Shown: one piece after another, positions 1-10,440 of the stretch
How positions within the stretch are numbered: position 1 is the stretch's first letter
Layout: the number at the start of each line of letters is the position of its first letter
Assembly (NCBI GenBank): GCA_902599655.1
Contig: CACKGC010000004.1
Span: 1,357 to 65,356 of the forward strand
Source: an uncultured Fidelibacterota bacterium
GTDB lineage: Bacteria > Fidelibacterota > Marinisomatia > Marinisomatales > Marinisomataceae
Length of the DNA: 64,000 nucleotides
Direction of reading: 5' to 3'
Program-made: the position numbers and the translations under genes
The notes under the pieces: generated by a model
Database searches by the model: none
What the model saw: the letters and a program-made list of their open reading frames with translations, nothing else
Told to the model about the DNA's origin: nothing

Positions 1-129
1 GGCTATGAAAATGGTACATGGATTATATTAGATTATGTTGATATAGTGGTGCATGTCTTTTTTGAAGAAATGAGGTCATACTATGATTTGGAAAGAATTT
101 GGTTTGATGCAAAGGTAGTTAAAGTATGA
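1..129 (+). CDS. rsfS: Ribosome silencing factor RsfS (iojap family), C-terminal fragment; the gene starts left of the window
   Basis: Frame 1 reads GYENGTWIILDYVDIVVHVFFEEMRSYYDLERIWFDAKVVKV*, the conserved RsfS C-terminal core (LDY.D.VVH.F..E.R.YY.LE..W). Its TGA stop overlaps the argS ATG (ATGA). Confidence 0.75.
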   Translation, partial: GYENGTWIILDYVDIVVHVFFEEMRSYYDLERIWFDAKVVKV

Positions 130-1748
130 AGCTAAAAAAACTCATGCATGATTTTTTACAGGATTATTTAGATCAAAATAAAATTGAGTTTTCGGAATGG
201 AGTGTAAATGTAAACAATCAAGAAGGGTTCGGAGATTATTCTTCTAATATTGCACTTAAGCTAGCAAAGATATTAAAAAAGGCACCTATTGAAATCGCAG
301 AAAATATTGCTATTCATCCAAATGCATCAGAAGATGTTTTTACTTTAAGCTCCTCTCAACCTGGCTTTGTGAACTTTCATATTTCCGATGATTATTATCT
401 TAAAATTTTAAAGCAAATTATTAATGAATCAGAAAATTTTGGTAAAAAGAAAAAATTAAATAAATCAGCCAATGTAGAATTTGTAAGCAGCAACCCTACC
501 GGACCTCTTACAGTGGGTCATGGAAGACAAGCAATCCTTGGTGACATGGTTTCCAATATATTAACATGGAATGGATATAATGTTACAAGAGAATATTACT
601 ATAACGATGCTGGAAAACAAATGAGAGTACTTGCAGAATCTTGCTATGCTAAATATGCTAAACAGGTTGGTAAAGATGTCGAAATGCCTGAGAATGGATA
701 TGTTGGAACATATTTAGATGAAATTGCTGAGAAAATTATCAATGAACATGGAAAAGATTTACAATCTGATAATCCAATTTTTAGAGACTTTACAGAAAAA
801 GAAATTTTTGCCAACATTGAAAATACCCTAGAGAACCTTGGCATTAAATTTGATGTTTTTACCAAAGAAGGAACTTTTTATAAAAACGGCGCGATTGACA
901 ATGTTCTGAAAATCTTAAAAGAAAAAAATCTTTCATATGAAAAAGATGGTGCAGTATGGTTTAAAACATCTAGCCTAAATAAAGAAGAAGATAAAGTATT
1001 GGTAAAGAGTTCAGGAGAACCAACATATAGATTGCCAGATATTGCATATCATGCAGATAAAGTTGATAGGGGTTTCGATTTAATTGTAGATATTTTTGGT
1101 GCTGATCATATTGATACATATCCAGATGTAATTTTAGGGCTTAAATGCCTGGATAAAAAAACCGAACACATAAAAGTTGTTATTCACCAATTTGTAACAA
1201 TTAAAAAAGGTGGAGAAATTGTAAAAATGTCCACTAGAAAAGCAAACTTTATAACTCTTGATGAACTGAAAGATGAGCTTAGCTCAGATATTATAAGATA
1301 TTTCTTTATCATGAGAGGCGCAAACAGTCACCTTGATTTTGACTTAGATCTGGCAAAAGATGAATCTGAAAAAAATCCTGTCTATTATTTACAATATGCT
1401 AACGCAAGAATTTCAAATCTACTAAAAAGATATGATAAAGAAATTTCTTCAGGGAGTAAAATTGATTACTCGCTATTAAAAGAAAAGGATGAAATTGCCC
1501 TAGTAAAGCTATTATCAGAATTCCCTATTAAAATGGAAGATGTTTTACATTCACTAGAGCCAAGAAAAATTGCAACTTATTTAGAAGAAGTCGCTGCAGC
1601 ATATCACAAATTTTATGGTAACCATAAAGTGATTAATCCACAAAACACTGATTTATCTTCAGCTAGAAAAAAATTATGTGAAGCAACAAAAATCATTTTA
1701 ACAAATGGATTATCAATTCTTGGGATAAGTGCCCCTGAAAGAATGTAA
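126..1748 (+). CDS. argS: Arginine--tRNA ligase
   Basis: 540 aa. Class I signature region SSNPTGPLTVGHGRQ, KMSKS-equivalent VKMSTRK, and a DALR anticodon-binding C-terminus (YLQYANARISN). Confidence 0.95.
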   Translation: MKLKKLMHDFLQDYLDQNKIEFSEWSVNVNNQEGFGDYSSNIALKLAKILKKAPIEIAENIAIHPNASEDVFTLSSSQPGFVNFHISDDYYLKILKQIINESENFGKKKKLNKSANVEFVSSNPTGPLTVGHGRQAILGDMVSNILTWNGYNVTREYYYNDAGKQMRVLAESCYAKYAKQVGKDVEMPENGYVGTYLDEIAEKIINEHGKDLQSDNPIFRDFTEKEIFANIENTLENLGIKFDVFTKEGTFYKNGAIDNVLKILKEKNLSYEKDGAVWFKTSSLNKEEDKVLVKSSGEPTYRLPDIAYHADKVDRGFDLIVDIFGADHIDTYPDVILGLKCLDKKTEHIKVVIHQFVTIKKGGEIVKMSTRKANFITLDELKDELSSDIIRYFFIMRGANSHLDFDLDLAKDESEKNPVYYLQYANARISNLLKRYDKEISSGSKIDYSLLKEKDEIALVKLLSEFPIKMEDVLHSLEPRKIATYLEEVAAAYHKFYGNHKVINPQNTDLSSARKKLCEATKIILTNGLSILGISAPERM

Positions 1749-1750
1749 AA

Positions 1751-2959
1751 ATGTCTGATTTTTCAAGACGTGAATTTATTAAAAAAAGTATATTATTATC
1801 TTTAGGTGCATCTTATATCATTTCATGCGATGATAACGATATGATAGATAATGTCAATGAATCAGATAGTAACAATAATAAGAAAGTTATCATCATTGGA
1901 GCAGGGATATCCGGATTAGTAGCAGGGTATGATCTGACAATTGCTGGCTATGATGTAACTATTCTTGAAGCTAGAGATAGAATTGGAGGTCGAGTTTTAA
2001 CAATAAGATCTCCATTTTCAAATAATCATTATGTTGAAGGGGGTGCTGCTAGAATTAAACCTAGCCATGATCTAACTATAGCTTATGCAAACCACTTTAA
2101 TCTTACGCTAGACCCTTTTTATGCTACAACTGGTAACTACGTAGATTTTTCGAATGGAAATAGAACAATAATTGATAATACTACTTATCTAAATACATCA
2201 TACGGTTCTACTATGCGAAAAAATTATCTTAAAATTCGAGGTGGATCAGACCAGCTAACAAATGCATTTGCAAATTCTAGCGAACTTTCAAATAAAATAT
2301 ATTTAAATCATGCGGTTACGTCTATCACTCAAAACAGTGATAATGTAATTGTTGATACAGGTGTGAATCAATTTCAAGCAGATAGAGTTTTATGTACAGT
2401 TCCTTTAACAGTTTTAAATAAAATTAATTTTACTCCTGCGCTTTCATCAGAAAAACAATCCGCAATGAACGGTGGATTTAGATACGCGCCTGCAACTAGA
2501 ATATATATTCAATTTAAAAATAGATTTTGGGAGAACGAGTCGTTAAATGGATGGGGTAATACTGATCTTCCTGAAGAGATATGGCAACCATCATGGGATA
2601 TGTCAGGTAATACTGGTGTACTAATGTCTTATCTGAGATGGTCTGCTGCAGAAGACATGGATACATTAAATGATGATGAACGAAATAATGCTATTCTTAA
2701 TAGATGGGAAAGTATTTTTGAAGGATCAATAAACAATTTTGATAGAGGGGTATCAAAATCTTGGGCACTTGATGAATGGTCCAAAGGTGCATGGGCATCT
2801 CCAACTACATCTCAAAATGAAACTTTAAATGAAAGCATATCACAAATTGAAGGACGTCTTCATTTTGCCGGAGAACATGCCTCAAATGATCGTGGATGGA
2901 TGCAAGGCGCCTTATTTTCAGGATTGCGTGCATCCACAGAAATAAAAAATACTAATTAG
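1751..2959 (+). CDS. Flavin-containing amine oxidase family protein, exported (Tat-type signal with a possible lipobox)
   Basis: N-terminus SRREFIKKSILLSLGASYIISC looks like a twin-arginine signal ending in Cys. FAD dinucleotide fold VIIIGAGISGLVAGYDL...LEARDRIGGR is typical of monoamine, polyamine and L-amino-acid oxidases. Confidence 0.75.
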   Translation: MSDFSRREFIKKSILLSLGASYIISCDDNDMIDNVNESDSNNNKKVIIIGAGISGLVAGYDLTIAGYDVTILEARDRIGGRVLTIRSPFSNNHYVEGGAARIKPSHDLTIAYANHFNLTLDPFYATTGNYVDFSNGNRTIIDNTTYLNTSYGSTMRKNYLKIRGGSDQLTNAFANSSELSNKIYLNHAVTSITQNSDNVIVDTGVNQFQADRVLCTVPLTVLNKINFTPALSSEKQSAMNGGFRYAPATRIYIQFKNRFWENESLNGWGNTDLPEEIWQPSWDMSGNTGVLMSYLRWSAAEDMDTLNDDERNNAILNRWESIFEGSINNFDRGVSKSWALDEWSKGAWASPTTSQNETLNESISQIEGRLHFAGEHASNDRGWMQGALFSGLRASTEIKNTN

Positions 2960-3022
2960 GATCAAAATATTATTACTAAAAAAATAATTTATTTTTATCT
3001 ATTTGTTTTATCTTTAATAATA

Positions 3023-3730
3023 ATGAATCCATGTTCAAATCATAATACATTAAGTATTGGCCATCGAGGAGCAAAAGGATATGTTGCAGAAAACACCTAC
3101 GAATCTATAAGCAAAGCAATTATGTTGGGTGTTGATGGTATTGAAATAGATGTTTTTAAATGCGCAAGTGGCGAACTGGTATTATTTCATGACAAGAATC
3201 TGAAAGAATTAACTGGTGAATCAGGTTTAATAGAAAATTTAACTATTAAAGAGCTTGAACAATTTTTAGTTCTAGGAAAATATAAAATTCCCACATTAAC
3301 AGATGTTTTAACAAGAATTGAGAAGCCACTTTTTGTAAACATAGAACTAAAAGGATTAAATACAGCACAAGCCACATCTAAAATTATTGCAGATATATCT
3401 ACAAGCACTTCATGGAGCTTAGAACACTTTATTGTTTCAAGTTTTAATTGGGATGAGCTTGAACAATTTAGATCCATAGATAAAAATACTCCAGTGGGAG
3501 TACTAGTAAGTAAGTCGATGAGTATAAATGAAGCTATTGAATTTGGTAAAAAAATTAATGCGCAGGCTATACATCCTAATTTTAAACTACTTAATGACAA
3601 AACCGTTAAAAAAATTAAAAATAATGGTTTTAAAATTTATACTTGGACTGTGAATAATGAAGATGATATTAATTTTATGAAAAGATTGAAAGTGGATGGA
3701 ATTATATCAGATTATCCTGATAGAATTTAA
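3023..3730 (+). CDS. Glycerophosphodiester phosphodiesterase (GDPD family)
   Basis: 235 aa. GDPD motif HRGAKGYVAENTYESISKAIMLGVDGIEIDV and the C-terminal GIISDYPD. Confidence 0.85.
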   Translation: MNPCSNHNTLSIGHRGAKGYVAENTYESISKAIMLGVDGIEIDVFKCASGELVLFHDKNLKELTGESGLIENLTIKELEQFLVLGKYKIPTLTDVLTRIEKPLFVNIELKGLNTAQATSKIIADISTSTSWSLEHFIVSSFNWDELEQFRSIDKNTPVGVLVSKSMSINEAIEFGKKINAQAIHPNFKLLNDKTVKKIKNNGFKIYTWTVNNEDDINFMKRLKVDGIISDYPDRI

Positions 3731-3732
3731 AG

Positions 3733-4077
3733 TGGAGGCGGGGAGATTCGAACTCCCGTCCAAAGTAGAGAAAAAGTAGACATCTACATGTTTAGTTTCT
3801 TGATCAAATTTCACTATATGACTGTACAAGAACAAACAGGTATATAGCAATCTTCTAAAGGTTCACTTATTTAACCGAAGCAGGAAAATAGGCTATCTCA
3901 TTTTTATGACACCATTCAGCGAACGATGAGAAACGTCTACTGATGATGGGCTTTAGCAATTAAGCGAAAGCCATTTGGCCATTATCGGCACTTAATATAG
4001 GTTAGAAGTTTTAAGAGGTACTAAGCTCTACATGCAATCTAAGATTCCATTCTAAAATGTCGAAACCGGTCGCCCCC
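3733..4077 (-). ncRNA. ssrA: tmRNA (SsrA), ~345 nt
   Basis: Minus strand begins GGGGGCGACCGGTTTCGACA and ends GGACGGGAGTTCGAATCTCCCCGCCTCCA (tRNA-Ala-like acceptor with G3:U and a T-arm). Internal tag frame GCC GAT AAT GGC CAA ATG GCT TTC GCT TAA gives ADNGQMAFA*. The 3' CCA is not fully encoded (genomic ...TCCACT). Confidence 0.9.
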
Positions 4078-4120
4078 AATTGTCAAATAGTACCGAAGAT
4101 ACAATATATTTTTGAAACAA

Positions 4121-4154
4121 AAAAGGCTCTGCAGCGCCAACCCCAGAGCCTTTT
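4121..4154 (-). terminator. Intrinsic-terminator-like hairpin, best formed on the minus strand, directly upstream of ssrA
   Basis: GGCTCTG-N12-CAGAGCC, extendable by A/T flanks. On the minus strand it is followed by TTTTTTGTTT; on the plus strand only by TTTT. No annotated minus-strand gene lies upstream of it. Confidence 0.4.
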
Positions 4155-4322
4155 CGATTGCTTGTATTTGCTTACAATAATCTAATTTTAGACTCCCTCA
4201 AACTAATATTAATTTTAACAATTGGTCAATATTTTTTATTTCAAATTTGAAAAAAATTTTAAAAAATGACTTTTTAAGAGTATTAATTTAAATTTTCATA
4301 GCTTATATTTTAGCCTAGTTTT

Positions 4323-4394
4323 GCCTCCGTAGCTCAATGGTAGAGCAGGGGCCTTTTAAGCCCTTGGTTGTAGGTTCGAGTCCTTCCGGGGGTA
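4323..4394 (+). tRNA. tRNA-Lys (anticodon UUU)
   Basis: GCCTCCGTAGCTCAATGGTAGAGCAGGGGCCTTTTAAGCCCTTGGTTGTAGGTTCGAGTCCTTCCGGGGGTA folds as a cloverleaf. Features: D-arm GCTC/GAGC, anticodon loop CTTTTAA, T-loop GGTTCGAGTCC. CCA is not encoded. Confidence 0.85.
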
Positions 4395-4420
4395 CTATTT
4401 TTGAGAAATACCTCTTAATT

Positions 4421-7240
4421 ATGTCTGAATTTCACAATAAACATATCGGTCCTTCTCCGAAAGAAATCGAAGAAATGTTGCAATATCTTGATTGCAACAG
4501 TCTCAATGATCTTCTTGACAAGATTGTGCCTAAAAATATTCTTGATATAGATGACATGTCCATTGGAAATGAAGTATTCTCAGAAAATGATATTTTAAAG
4601 CACGTTAAAAATATTGGTACTAATAATAAAGTTCATAGATCTTTAATTGGCCAAGGGTATTATGATACCATTACTCCAAACGTTATTTTAAGAAATATAC
4701 TTGAGAATCCAGGCTGGTATACACAGTATACCCCATATCAACCTGAAATCTCACAAGGTAGATTGGAAGCTCTTTTAAATTATCAAACAATGATTACTCA
4801 AATTACTGCTTTACCAATTGCTAATGCATCCCTTTTAGATGAAGGAACTGCAGCTAGTGAAGCGATGTTAATGCTTTATCGCAAAAATAAATCTGAAAAA
4901 ACGCAATTTTTAGTTGATAGAGAATGTTTTCAACAAACTATAGACGTCATTATTTCAAGAGCTGAGCCATTAAATATTGAAATCATTGTAACAGACTTTA
5001 ACAATTTTGATTTTACCAATGCTTTTGGTTGTATTGTCCAATATCCAAATAAATATGGACACATCTCATCAGACGACGATTATAAACGCATCGTATCTGA
5101 TGCACATAATTCAAATTGTAAGGTCATCTTTGCGAGCGATTTAATGTGCCTCCAGCTTTTTGAAGCTCCGGGTAGTTTAGGAGCTGACATAGCTGTTGGT
5201 AATAGTCAACGATTTGGTGTACCACTTGGCTACGGCGGACCTCATGCGGCATTTATGTCTACAAGCGAAGAATTTAAAAGAGATATCCCAGGAAGAATTG
5301 TTGGCGTATCGCAAGACCGTAGGGGAAATCAAGCTTATAGACTTACACTCCAAACCAGGGAACAGCACATTAGAAGAGAAAAAGCAACATCAAATATTTG
5401 TACAGCTCAAGTATTGCTTGCTATCATTTCAGGAATGTATGCATTATTTCATGGTCCAGAAGATTTAAAAAATATTGCAAGAAGAATTCATAGTCATACA
5501 AAAGAACTTGCTGATAAAATTGCAAAGCTAGGTCATGAGATTGTAACTAATGATAATTCATTTTTTGATACAATAGTAATCAAATTATCGAACATGAGTA
5601 TAGATAGTTTAAAAGATAGGGCGTTAAAGCATAATTTTAATTTAATGTATCACGATAATGGACTTATTGGTATCTCTTTAGATGAGAAAACAGATTTTGG
5701 TGAAGTTGAGGTGCTTGCAAATCTCTTTGATGTGCATAATGATGCTAAAAATTCTTATAATATTTTTAAACCAAATAGAGCAGGAGATATCTTAACTCAT
5801 CCTATTTTTCATAGCATTAATTCTGAAACAGAAATGCTTAGATATATCAATAAGTTAGAAAAAAGAGATCTTTCCTTGAACTATAGTATGATACCATTAG
5901 GGTCTTGTACTATGAAACTGAATGCGACTGTTGAAATGATTCCAATTAGTTGGCCAGAATTCAATTCTATCCACCCTTTTGCACCATTAGGTCAGGCTAA
6001 GGGTTATGAAAAAATCATTAATGAGCTAGAGGAAATGCTATATAAAGTTACTGGATTTGATGCCGTATCATTTCAACCAAATTCTGGTGCTCAAGGAGAG
6101 TATGCTGGATTATTAAGCATTAGAGAATATCATAAAGCAAATAATTCAAAAAGAGATATTTGTCTAATACCTGAATCAGCCCATGGGACAAATCCTGCAA
6201 GTGCAATAATGGCTGGACTTAAAGTTGTGATAGTAAAATGTGATGACCATGGAAATATAGATTTTAAAGATTTAAGCGCAAAAGTTGATGAGGCTAGTGA
6301 CAGGTTGTCATCATTAATGGTTACTTACCCCTCAACCCATGGTGTATTTGAACATAACATTGATGAAATATGTAATTTAATTCACGAAAATGGTGGCTTA
6401 GTCTACATGGATGGAGCCAACTTGAACGCCATGGTTGGTGTATGTAAACCAGGTAAATTTGGAGCTGATGTTATGCACATTAATCTTCATAAAACTTTTT
6501 GTATACCGCATGGTGGAGGGGGTCCAGGTATGGGTCCAATTTGTGTGAATGAAAAATTAAAGCCACATCTTCCAAAACATAGTTTCACTGATGAAGATTT
6601 TTCTTACTCTGTATCGTCATCACCATTTGGTAGCGCAAGTATTCTATTAATTTCTTATATCTACATGAAATTAATGGCAGCAAACGGTTTATTAAAAGCA
6701 TCTCAAGTTGCAATTTTATCTGCCAACTATATGGCTAAGAGACTTGAAAATGATTATAGCATTCTATATCGCGGTAAGAGTGGATTAAATGCGCATGAGT
6801 TCATTGTTGATTGTAGATCATTTAAATCCACTGCGAATATTACTAATGAAGATATTGCTAAAAGATTAATTGATTATGGGTTTCATGCTCCTACTATGTC
6901 TTGGCCTATTCCGGGAACACTAATGATTGAACCAACCGAGAGCGAAACAAAATCTGAACTTGACAAATTTTGCGATGCTATGATTGCAATTAAAAAAGAA
7001 ATTATTGAAATAGAATCAGGTCAAATGCCTCAAGAAGACAATGTTTTAGTTAATGCTCCACATACTGTACACGATATTTGCGATGATTGGAATCACCCTT
7101 ATTCAAAAGAAAGTGCGGTTTTCCCTACCCAATGGAATAAAGAAAATAAGTTTTGGCCACATGTTTCTAGAATAGATAATGCCTTTGGGGATAGAAATTT
7201 TTTCTGTGTATGTCCGGACATAGATTCTTATAAAGAATAA
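4421..7240 (+). CDS. gcvP: Glycine dehydrogenase (decarboxylating), single-chain P protein of the glycine cleavage system
   Basis: 939 aa from MSEFHNKHIGP. PLP-lysine region HINLHKTFCIPHGGGGPGMGPI. The tracked ORF start at 4337 lies inside the tRNA-Lys gene, so I chose the ATG at 4421. Confidence 0.93.
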   Translation: MSEFHNKHIGPSPKEIEEMLQYLDCNSLNDLLDKIVPKNILDIDDMSIGNEVFSENDILKHVKNIGTNNKVHRSLIGQGYYDTITPNVILRNILENPGWYTQYTPYQPEISQGRLEALLNYQTMITQITALPIANASLLDEGTAASEAMLMLYRKNKSEKTQFLVDRECFQQTIDVIISRAEPLNIEIIVTDFNNFDFTNAFGCIVQYPNKYGHISSDDDYKRIVSDAHNSNCKVIFASDLMCLQLFEAPGSLGADIAVGNSQRFGVPLGYGGPHAAFMSTSEEFKRDIPGRIVGVSQDRRGNQAYRLTLQTREQHIRREKATSNICTAQVLLAIISGMYALFHGPEDLKNIARRIHSHTKELADKIAKLGHEIVTNDNSFFDTIVIKLSNMSIDSLKDRALKHNFNLMYHDNGLIGISLDEKTDFGEVEVLANLFDVHNDAKNSYNIFKPNRAGDILTHPIFHSINSETEMLRYINKLEKRDLSLNYSMIPLGSCTMKLNATVEMIPISWPEFNSIHPFAPLGQAKGYEKIINELEEMLYKVTGFDAVSFQPNSGAQGEYAGLLSIREYHKANNSKRDICLIPESAHGTNPASAIMAGLKVVIVKCDDHGNIDFKDLSAKVDEASDRLSSLMVTYPSTHGVFEHNIDEICNLIHENGGLVYMDGANLNAMVGVCKPGKFGADVMHINLHKTFCIPHGGGGPGMGPICVNEKLKPHLPKHSFTDEDFSYSVSSSPFGSASILLISYIYMKLMAANGLLKASQVAILSANYMAKRLENDYSILYRGKSGLNAHEFIVDCRSFKSTANITNEDIAKRLIDYGFHAPTMSWPIPGTLMIEPTESETKSELDKFCDAMIAIKKEIIEIESGQMPQEDNVLVNAPHTVHDICDDWNHPYSKESAVFPTQWNKENKFWPHVSRIDNAFGDRNFFCVCPDIDSYKE

Positions 7241-7245
7241 AAATT

Positions 7246-10200
7246 CTATTTAAAATATTCTTGAAGTGCTTTCACGCTAATTTTGTTCAAATGTTTCATA
7301 GAATCAATAGCGGCTCTTGCCCCTGGGAGCGTAGTAATAGTTAAAATATTTTTCATGACTGACGTCTTTCCAATCGCTTCTTCATCAAATCTTGATTGTG
7401 GCCCTTCAGGTGTATTAATCACTAATTGAATATTATCATTTAAAATTTCATCAACAACATTCGGTCTTCCTTCACCGACTTTAAACATATCATCGCACAA
7501 AATACCTTGTTCATTGAGAAACCTACATGTACCCTTTGTAGCGACAAGGTTAAAGCCTAAACCCATTAAGTTTTTTGCTATTGGAACAAGGCCTGTCCTA
7601 TCTGTTTTATTAACTGATAAAAAAGCTGTGCCTTGTTTGGGAACATTATACCCATCTGACTTCATCGCTTTTAAGAAAGCACTACCTGTGCTCATATCAA
7701 TACCCATTACCTCCCCAGTAGATTTCATTTCAGGGCCTAAAAAGACTTTTTCATCTTTAAATTTTTTAAATGGTAAAACTGCTTTCTTTACAGCATAATG
7801 TTCAAAATTATTTTCTTTCAATTTGAAATCATTTAATGATTTGCCAACTGAAATTTGCGCAGCTATATTTGCCAATGGAACGTTGCTATATTTACTGACA
7901 AAAGGCACTGTACGGCTCGATCTTGGGTTTACCTCTAGAACATATACCTTATCATCTTTTACAGCAAATTGAAGGTTAATTAAACCTACCACTTTAAGCT
8001 CAAGTGCTAATTTGGCTGTAATAGTTTCAATTTCTTTTTTAACGGCATCACTTACTTCGTATGGGGGAATAACACATGAAGAATCTCCAGAATGAACTCC
8101 AGCTTCTTCAATATGTTGCATAATTCCTCCAATAAAAACTTCTTCTCCATCGCAAAGCGCATCCACATCAAACTCAAATGCATTTTCAATAAATTGATCA
8201 ATTAAAATTGGGTGATCACTTGTGGCTTCAGCAGATCTAAATACGTAATCCACCAACTGCTCTTTAGAATAAACAATTTGCATTGCTCTACCACCCAATA
8301 CAAAACTTGGTCTTACTAATACAGGGAAGTTAGCAGTTTCAGCATAACTATAAATGTCATCATAATTTTTGGCTATACAATACTCAGGAGTTAATATGTT
8401 TAGTTTATCAATTACCTTAGCAAATTCTTCTCTGTTTTCAGCAAGATTAATACTGTCGGATGATGTACCATATATTTTGACTCCAGCTGAGGCAAGTTGG
8501 TTAGCAATTTTTAATGGTGTTTGTCCTCCAAATTGCACTAATACGCCATCTGGCTTTTCAAAATTGATAATATTCATAATATCTTCGAATGTTATTGGTT
8601 CAAAATAAAGTCTATCAGCTAAATCAAAATCAGTTGAGACAGTTTCTGGATTGCAATTGACCATTATTGATTTATAGCCAGCTTCTCTCAAACCAAACAC
8701 CGCTTGTACACAACAATAATCAAATTCAATACCTTGACCAATCCTATTTGGCCCACCTCCTAAAATCATAATTTTTTTACCTTCAAGAGGTTGTAAATCA
8801 TTTTCTGATTCATATGTGGAATATGAATAAGGGGTTTCAGCTTCAAATTCCCCAGCACAAGTGTCTACTAATTTATAGACCGGTTTAATCCCTTGATCAA
8901 TTCTCATTTGCTGTACTTCATCTTCGGATAAATTGTTTAAGCGAGCTATTTGTAAATCCGAAAATCCATTCTTTTTTAAAAATTTTAAATTCTCTATTGA
9001 AGAAGACTCTTTTTCAATATTAACTATTTCTTGTATTTCTGTTAAGAACCATGGATCTATACCAGTATTTTTATGAATTTCTTCAATTGAAAATTCCTGC
9101 TTAATAGCTTCTTTGACTTTTAACATCCTAAATGCACTACCATCATTTAAAGATTTAATATCTAGCTCTCTAAATCTTTTAATATCTAAATCTTCATCTC
9201 GCGGATCTTTTGTTTCAAATCCTGGTAAATTAAGCTCTAGAGAGCGGAAAGCTTTTTGAAATGATTCCCGAAATGTCCTTCCAATAGCCATCGCTTCCCC
9301 AACAGACTGCATTTGTACGCCAAGTTTTCCAGAAGCTGATGAAAATTTTTCAAAATCAAATCTTGGCAGTTTTGTCACTATATAATCAATTGTAGGTTCA
9401 AAAGCCGCTAATGTCCTGTTGGTTATATCATTTTTTAATTCATCTAAAGAATATCCAACCGCGAGTTTAGCCGCAATTTTTGCTATAGGAAATCCTGTTG
9501 CTTTGGATGCTAGCGCAGAAGACCTACTCACTCTCGGATTCATTTCAATGATTACCATTCTTCCATCAACTGGGTTAACAGCGAATTGAACATTTGAACC
9601 TCCAGTATCCACACCTATTTTTCTAATACATTTTATAGCTGCATTTCGCATTAACTGAAACTCTTTATCGCTTAATGTCATTGCGGGTGCTATTGTAATA
9701 GAATCGCCAGTATGTATACCCATTGGATCAATATTTTCAATTGAGCAAATGATAATAACATTATCATTTAAGTCTCGTATGAGTTCTAATTCATATTCTT
9801 TCCAACCATTTAAGTATTCCTCAACAAGAACTTGGCCGGTAGGGCTTTCTTTCAAACCTTTATTTACTGATGCTTCAAATTCTTCTTCATTGTATGCAAC
9901 AGAACCGCCTGAACCACCTAAAGTAAATGAAGGTCTGATAATAGCAGGTAAGGAGATTTTATTTAATAATTTTTTAGCCTCATCTAACGATTTAACAGTA
10001 TATCCGTATGGTAAATCAAGACCAATTTCTAACATTGCCTGCTTAAACATTTCTCTGCTTTCAGCAGTTTCAATTGCTTTCCTGTTAGCCCCAATGAGTT
10101 CAACATTATACTTTTTTAGAATTCCTTCTTCATCTAGCTTCATGGCAACATTTAAAGCTGTTTGTCCCCCAACTGTAGGCAAAATAGCGTCAGGTTTTTC

Positions 10201-10440
10201 TTTTTTTATTATTGCTTCAACGTATTCTGCGGAAATAGGCTCAATATAGGTTTTATCAGAAAATTGAGGATCTGTCATGATTGTAGCAGGGTTAGAATTA
10301 ATTAATACAACTCGATAACCTTCTTCTTTTAAAGCTTTAATAGCTTGTGTCCCAGAATAATCAAATTCACAACCCTGGCCAATAACAATAGGTCCAGCAC
10401 CTATTACTAAAATAGTGTTTATATCTTTACGTTTTGGCAT
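7246..10440 (-). CDS. carB: Carbamoyl-phosphate synthase large subunit
   Basis: 1064 aa. Duplicated ATP-grasp halves ([18 protein letters not shown] and [18 protein letters not shown]) and a C-terminal MGS-like domain. Confidence 0.97.
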   Translation of the reverse strand: MPKRKDINTILVIGAGPIVIGQGCEFDYSGTQAIKALKEEGYRVVLINSNPATIMTDPQFSDKTYIEPISAEYVEAIIKKEKPDAILPTVGGQTALNVAMKLDEEGILKKYNVELIGANRKAIETAESREMFKQAMLEIGLDLPYGYTVKSLDEAKKLLNKISLPAIIRPSFTLGGSGGSVAYNEEEFEASVNKGLKESPTGQVLVEEYLNGWKEYELELIRDLNDNVIIICSIENIDPMGIHTGDSITIAPAMTLSDKEFQLMRNAAIKCIRKIGVDTGGSNVQFAVNPVDGRMVIIEMNPRVSRSSALASKATGFPIAKIAAKLAVGYSLDELKNDITNRTLAAFEPTIDYIVTKLPRFDFEKFSSASGKLGVQMQSVGEAMAIGRTFRESFQKAFRSLELNLPGFETKDPRDEDLDIKRFRELDIKSLNDGSAFRMLKVKEAIKQEFSIEEIHKNTGIDPWFLTEIQEIVNIEKESSSIENLKFLKKNGFSDLQIARLNNLSEDEVQQMRIDQGIKPVYKLVDTCAGEFEAETPYSYSTYESENDLQPLEGKKIMILGGGPNRIGQGIEFDYCCVQAVFGLREAGYKSIMVNCNPETVSTDFDLADRLYFEPITFEDIMNIINFEKPDGVLVQFGGQTPLKIANQLASAGVKIYGTSSDSINLAENREEFAKVIDKLNILTPEYCIAKNYDDIYSYAETANFPVLVRPSFVLGGRAMQIVYSKEQLVDYVFRSAEATSDHPILIDQFIENAFEFDVDALCDGEEVFIGGIMQHIEEAGVHSGDSSCVIPPYEVSDAVKKEIETITAKLALELKVVGLINLQFAVKDDKVYVLEVNPRSSRTVPFVSKYSNVPLANIAAQISVGKSLNDFKLKENNFEHYAVKKAVLPFKKFKDEKVFLGPEMKSTGEVMGIDMSTGSAFLKAMKSDGYNVPKQGTAFLSVNKTDRTGLVPIAKNLMGLGFNLVATKGTCRFLNEQGILCDDMFKVGEGRPNVVDEILNDNIQLVINTPEGPQSRFDEEAIGKTSVMKNILTITTLPGARAAIDSMKHLNKISVKALQEYFK

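Noticed and set aside
4337-4420. The N-terminal 28 codons of the tracked 967-aa ORF (MVEQGPFKPLVVGSSPSGGT...)
   Set aside because: This stretch is the tRNA-Lys gene read as protein. gcvP more plausibly starts at the ATG at 4421 (MSEFHNKHIGP).
3731-4420. The tmRNA/tRNA-Lys neighbourhood as an integration site for a genomic island or prophage
   Set aside because: I found no integrase, no direct repeat of the tRNA/tmRNA 3' end, and no foreign-looking genes on either side.
9749-10249. Long antisense ORFs inside well-supported genes: 9749-10249 in carB, 3187-3600 in GDPD, 36440-36925 in mgtE, 38851-39279 in the barrel gene, 57397-57762 in purD, and 60144-60581 in purH
   Set aside because: All lie opposite strongly supported conserved genes. 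They have low-complexity, Ser/Phe/Ile-rich translations typical of antisense frames, with no SD or motifs.
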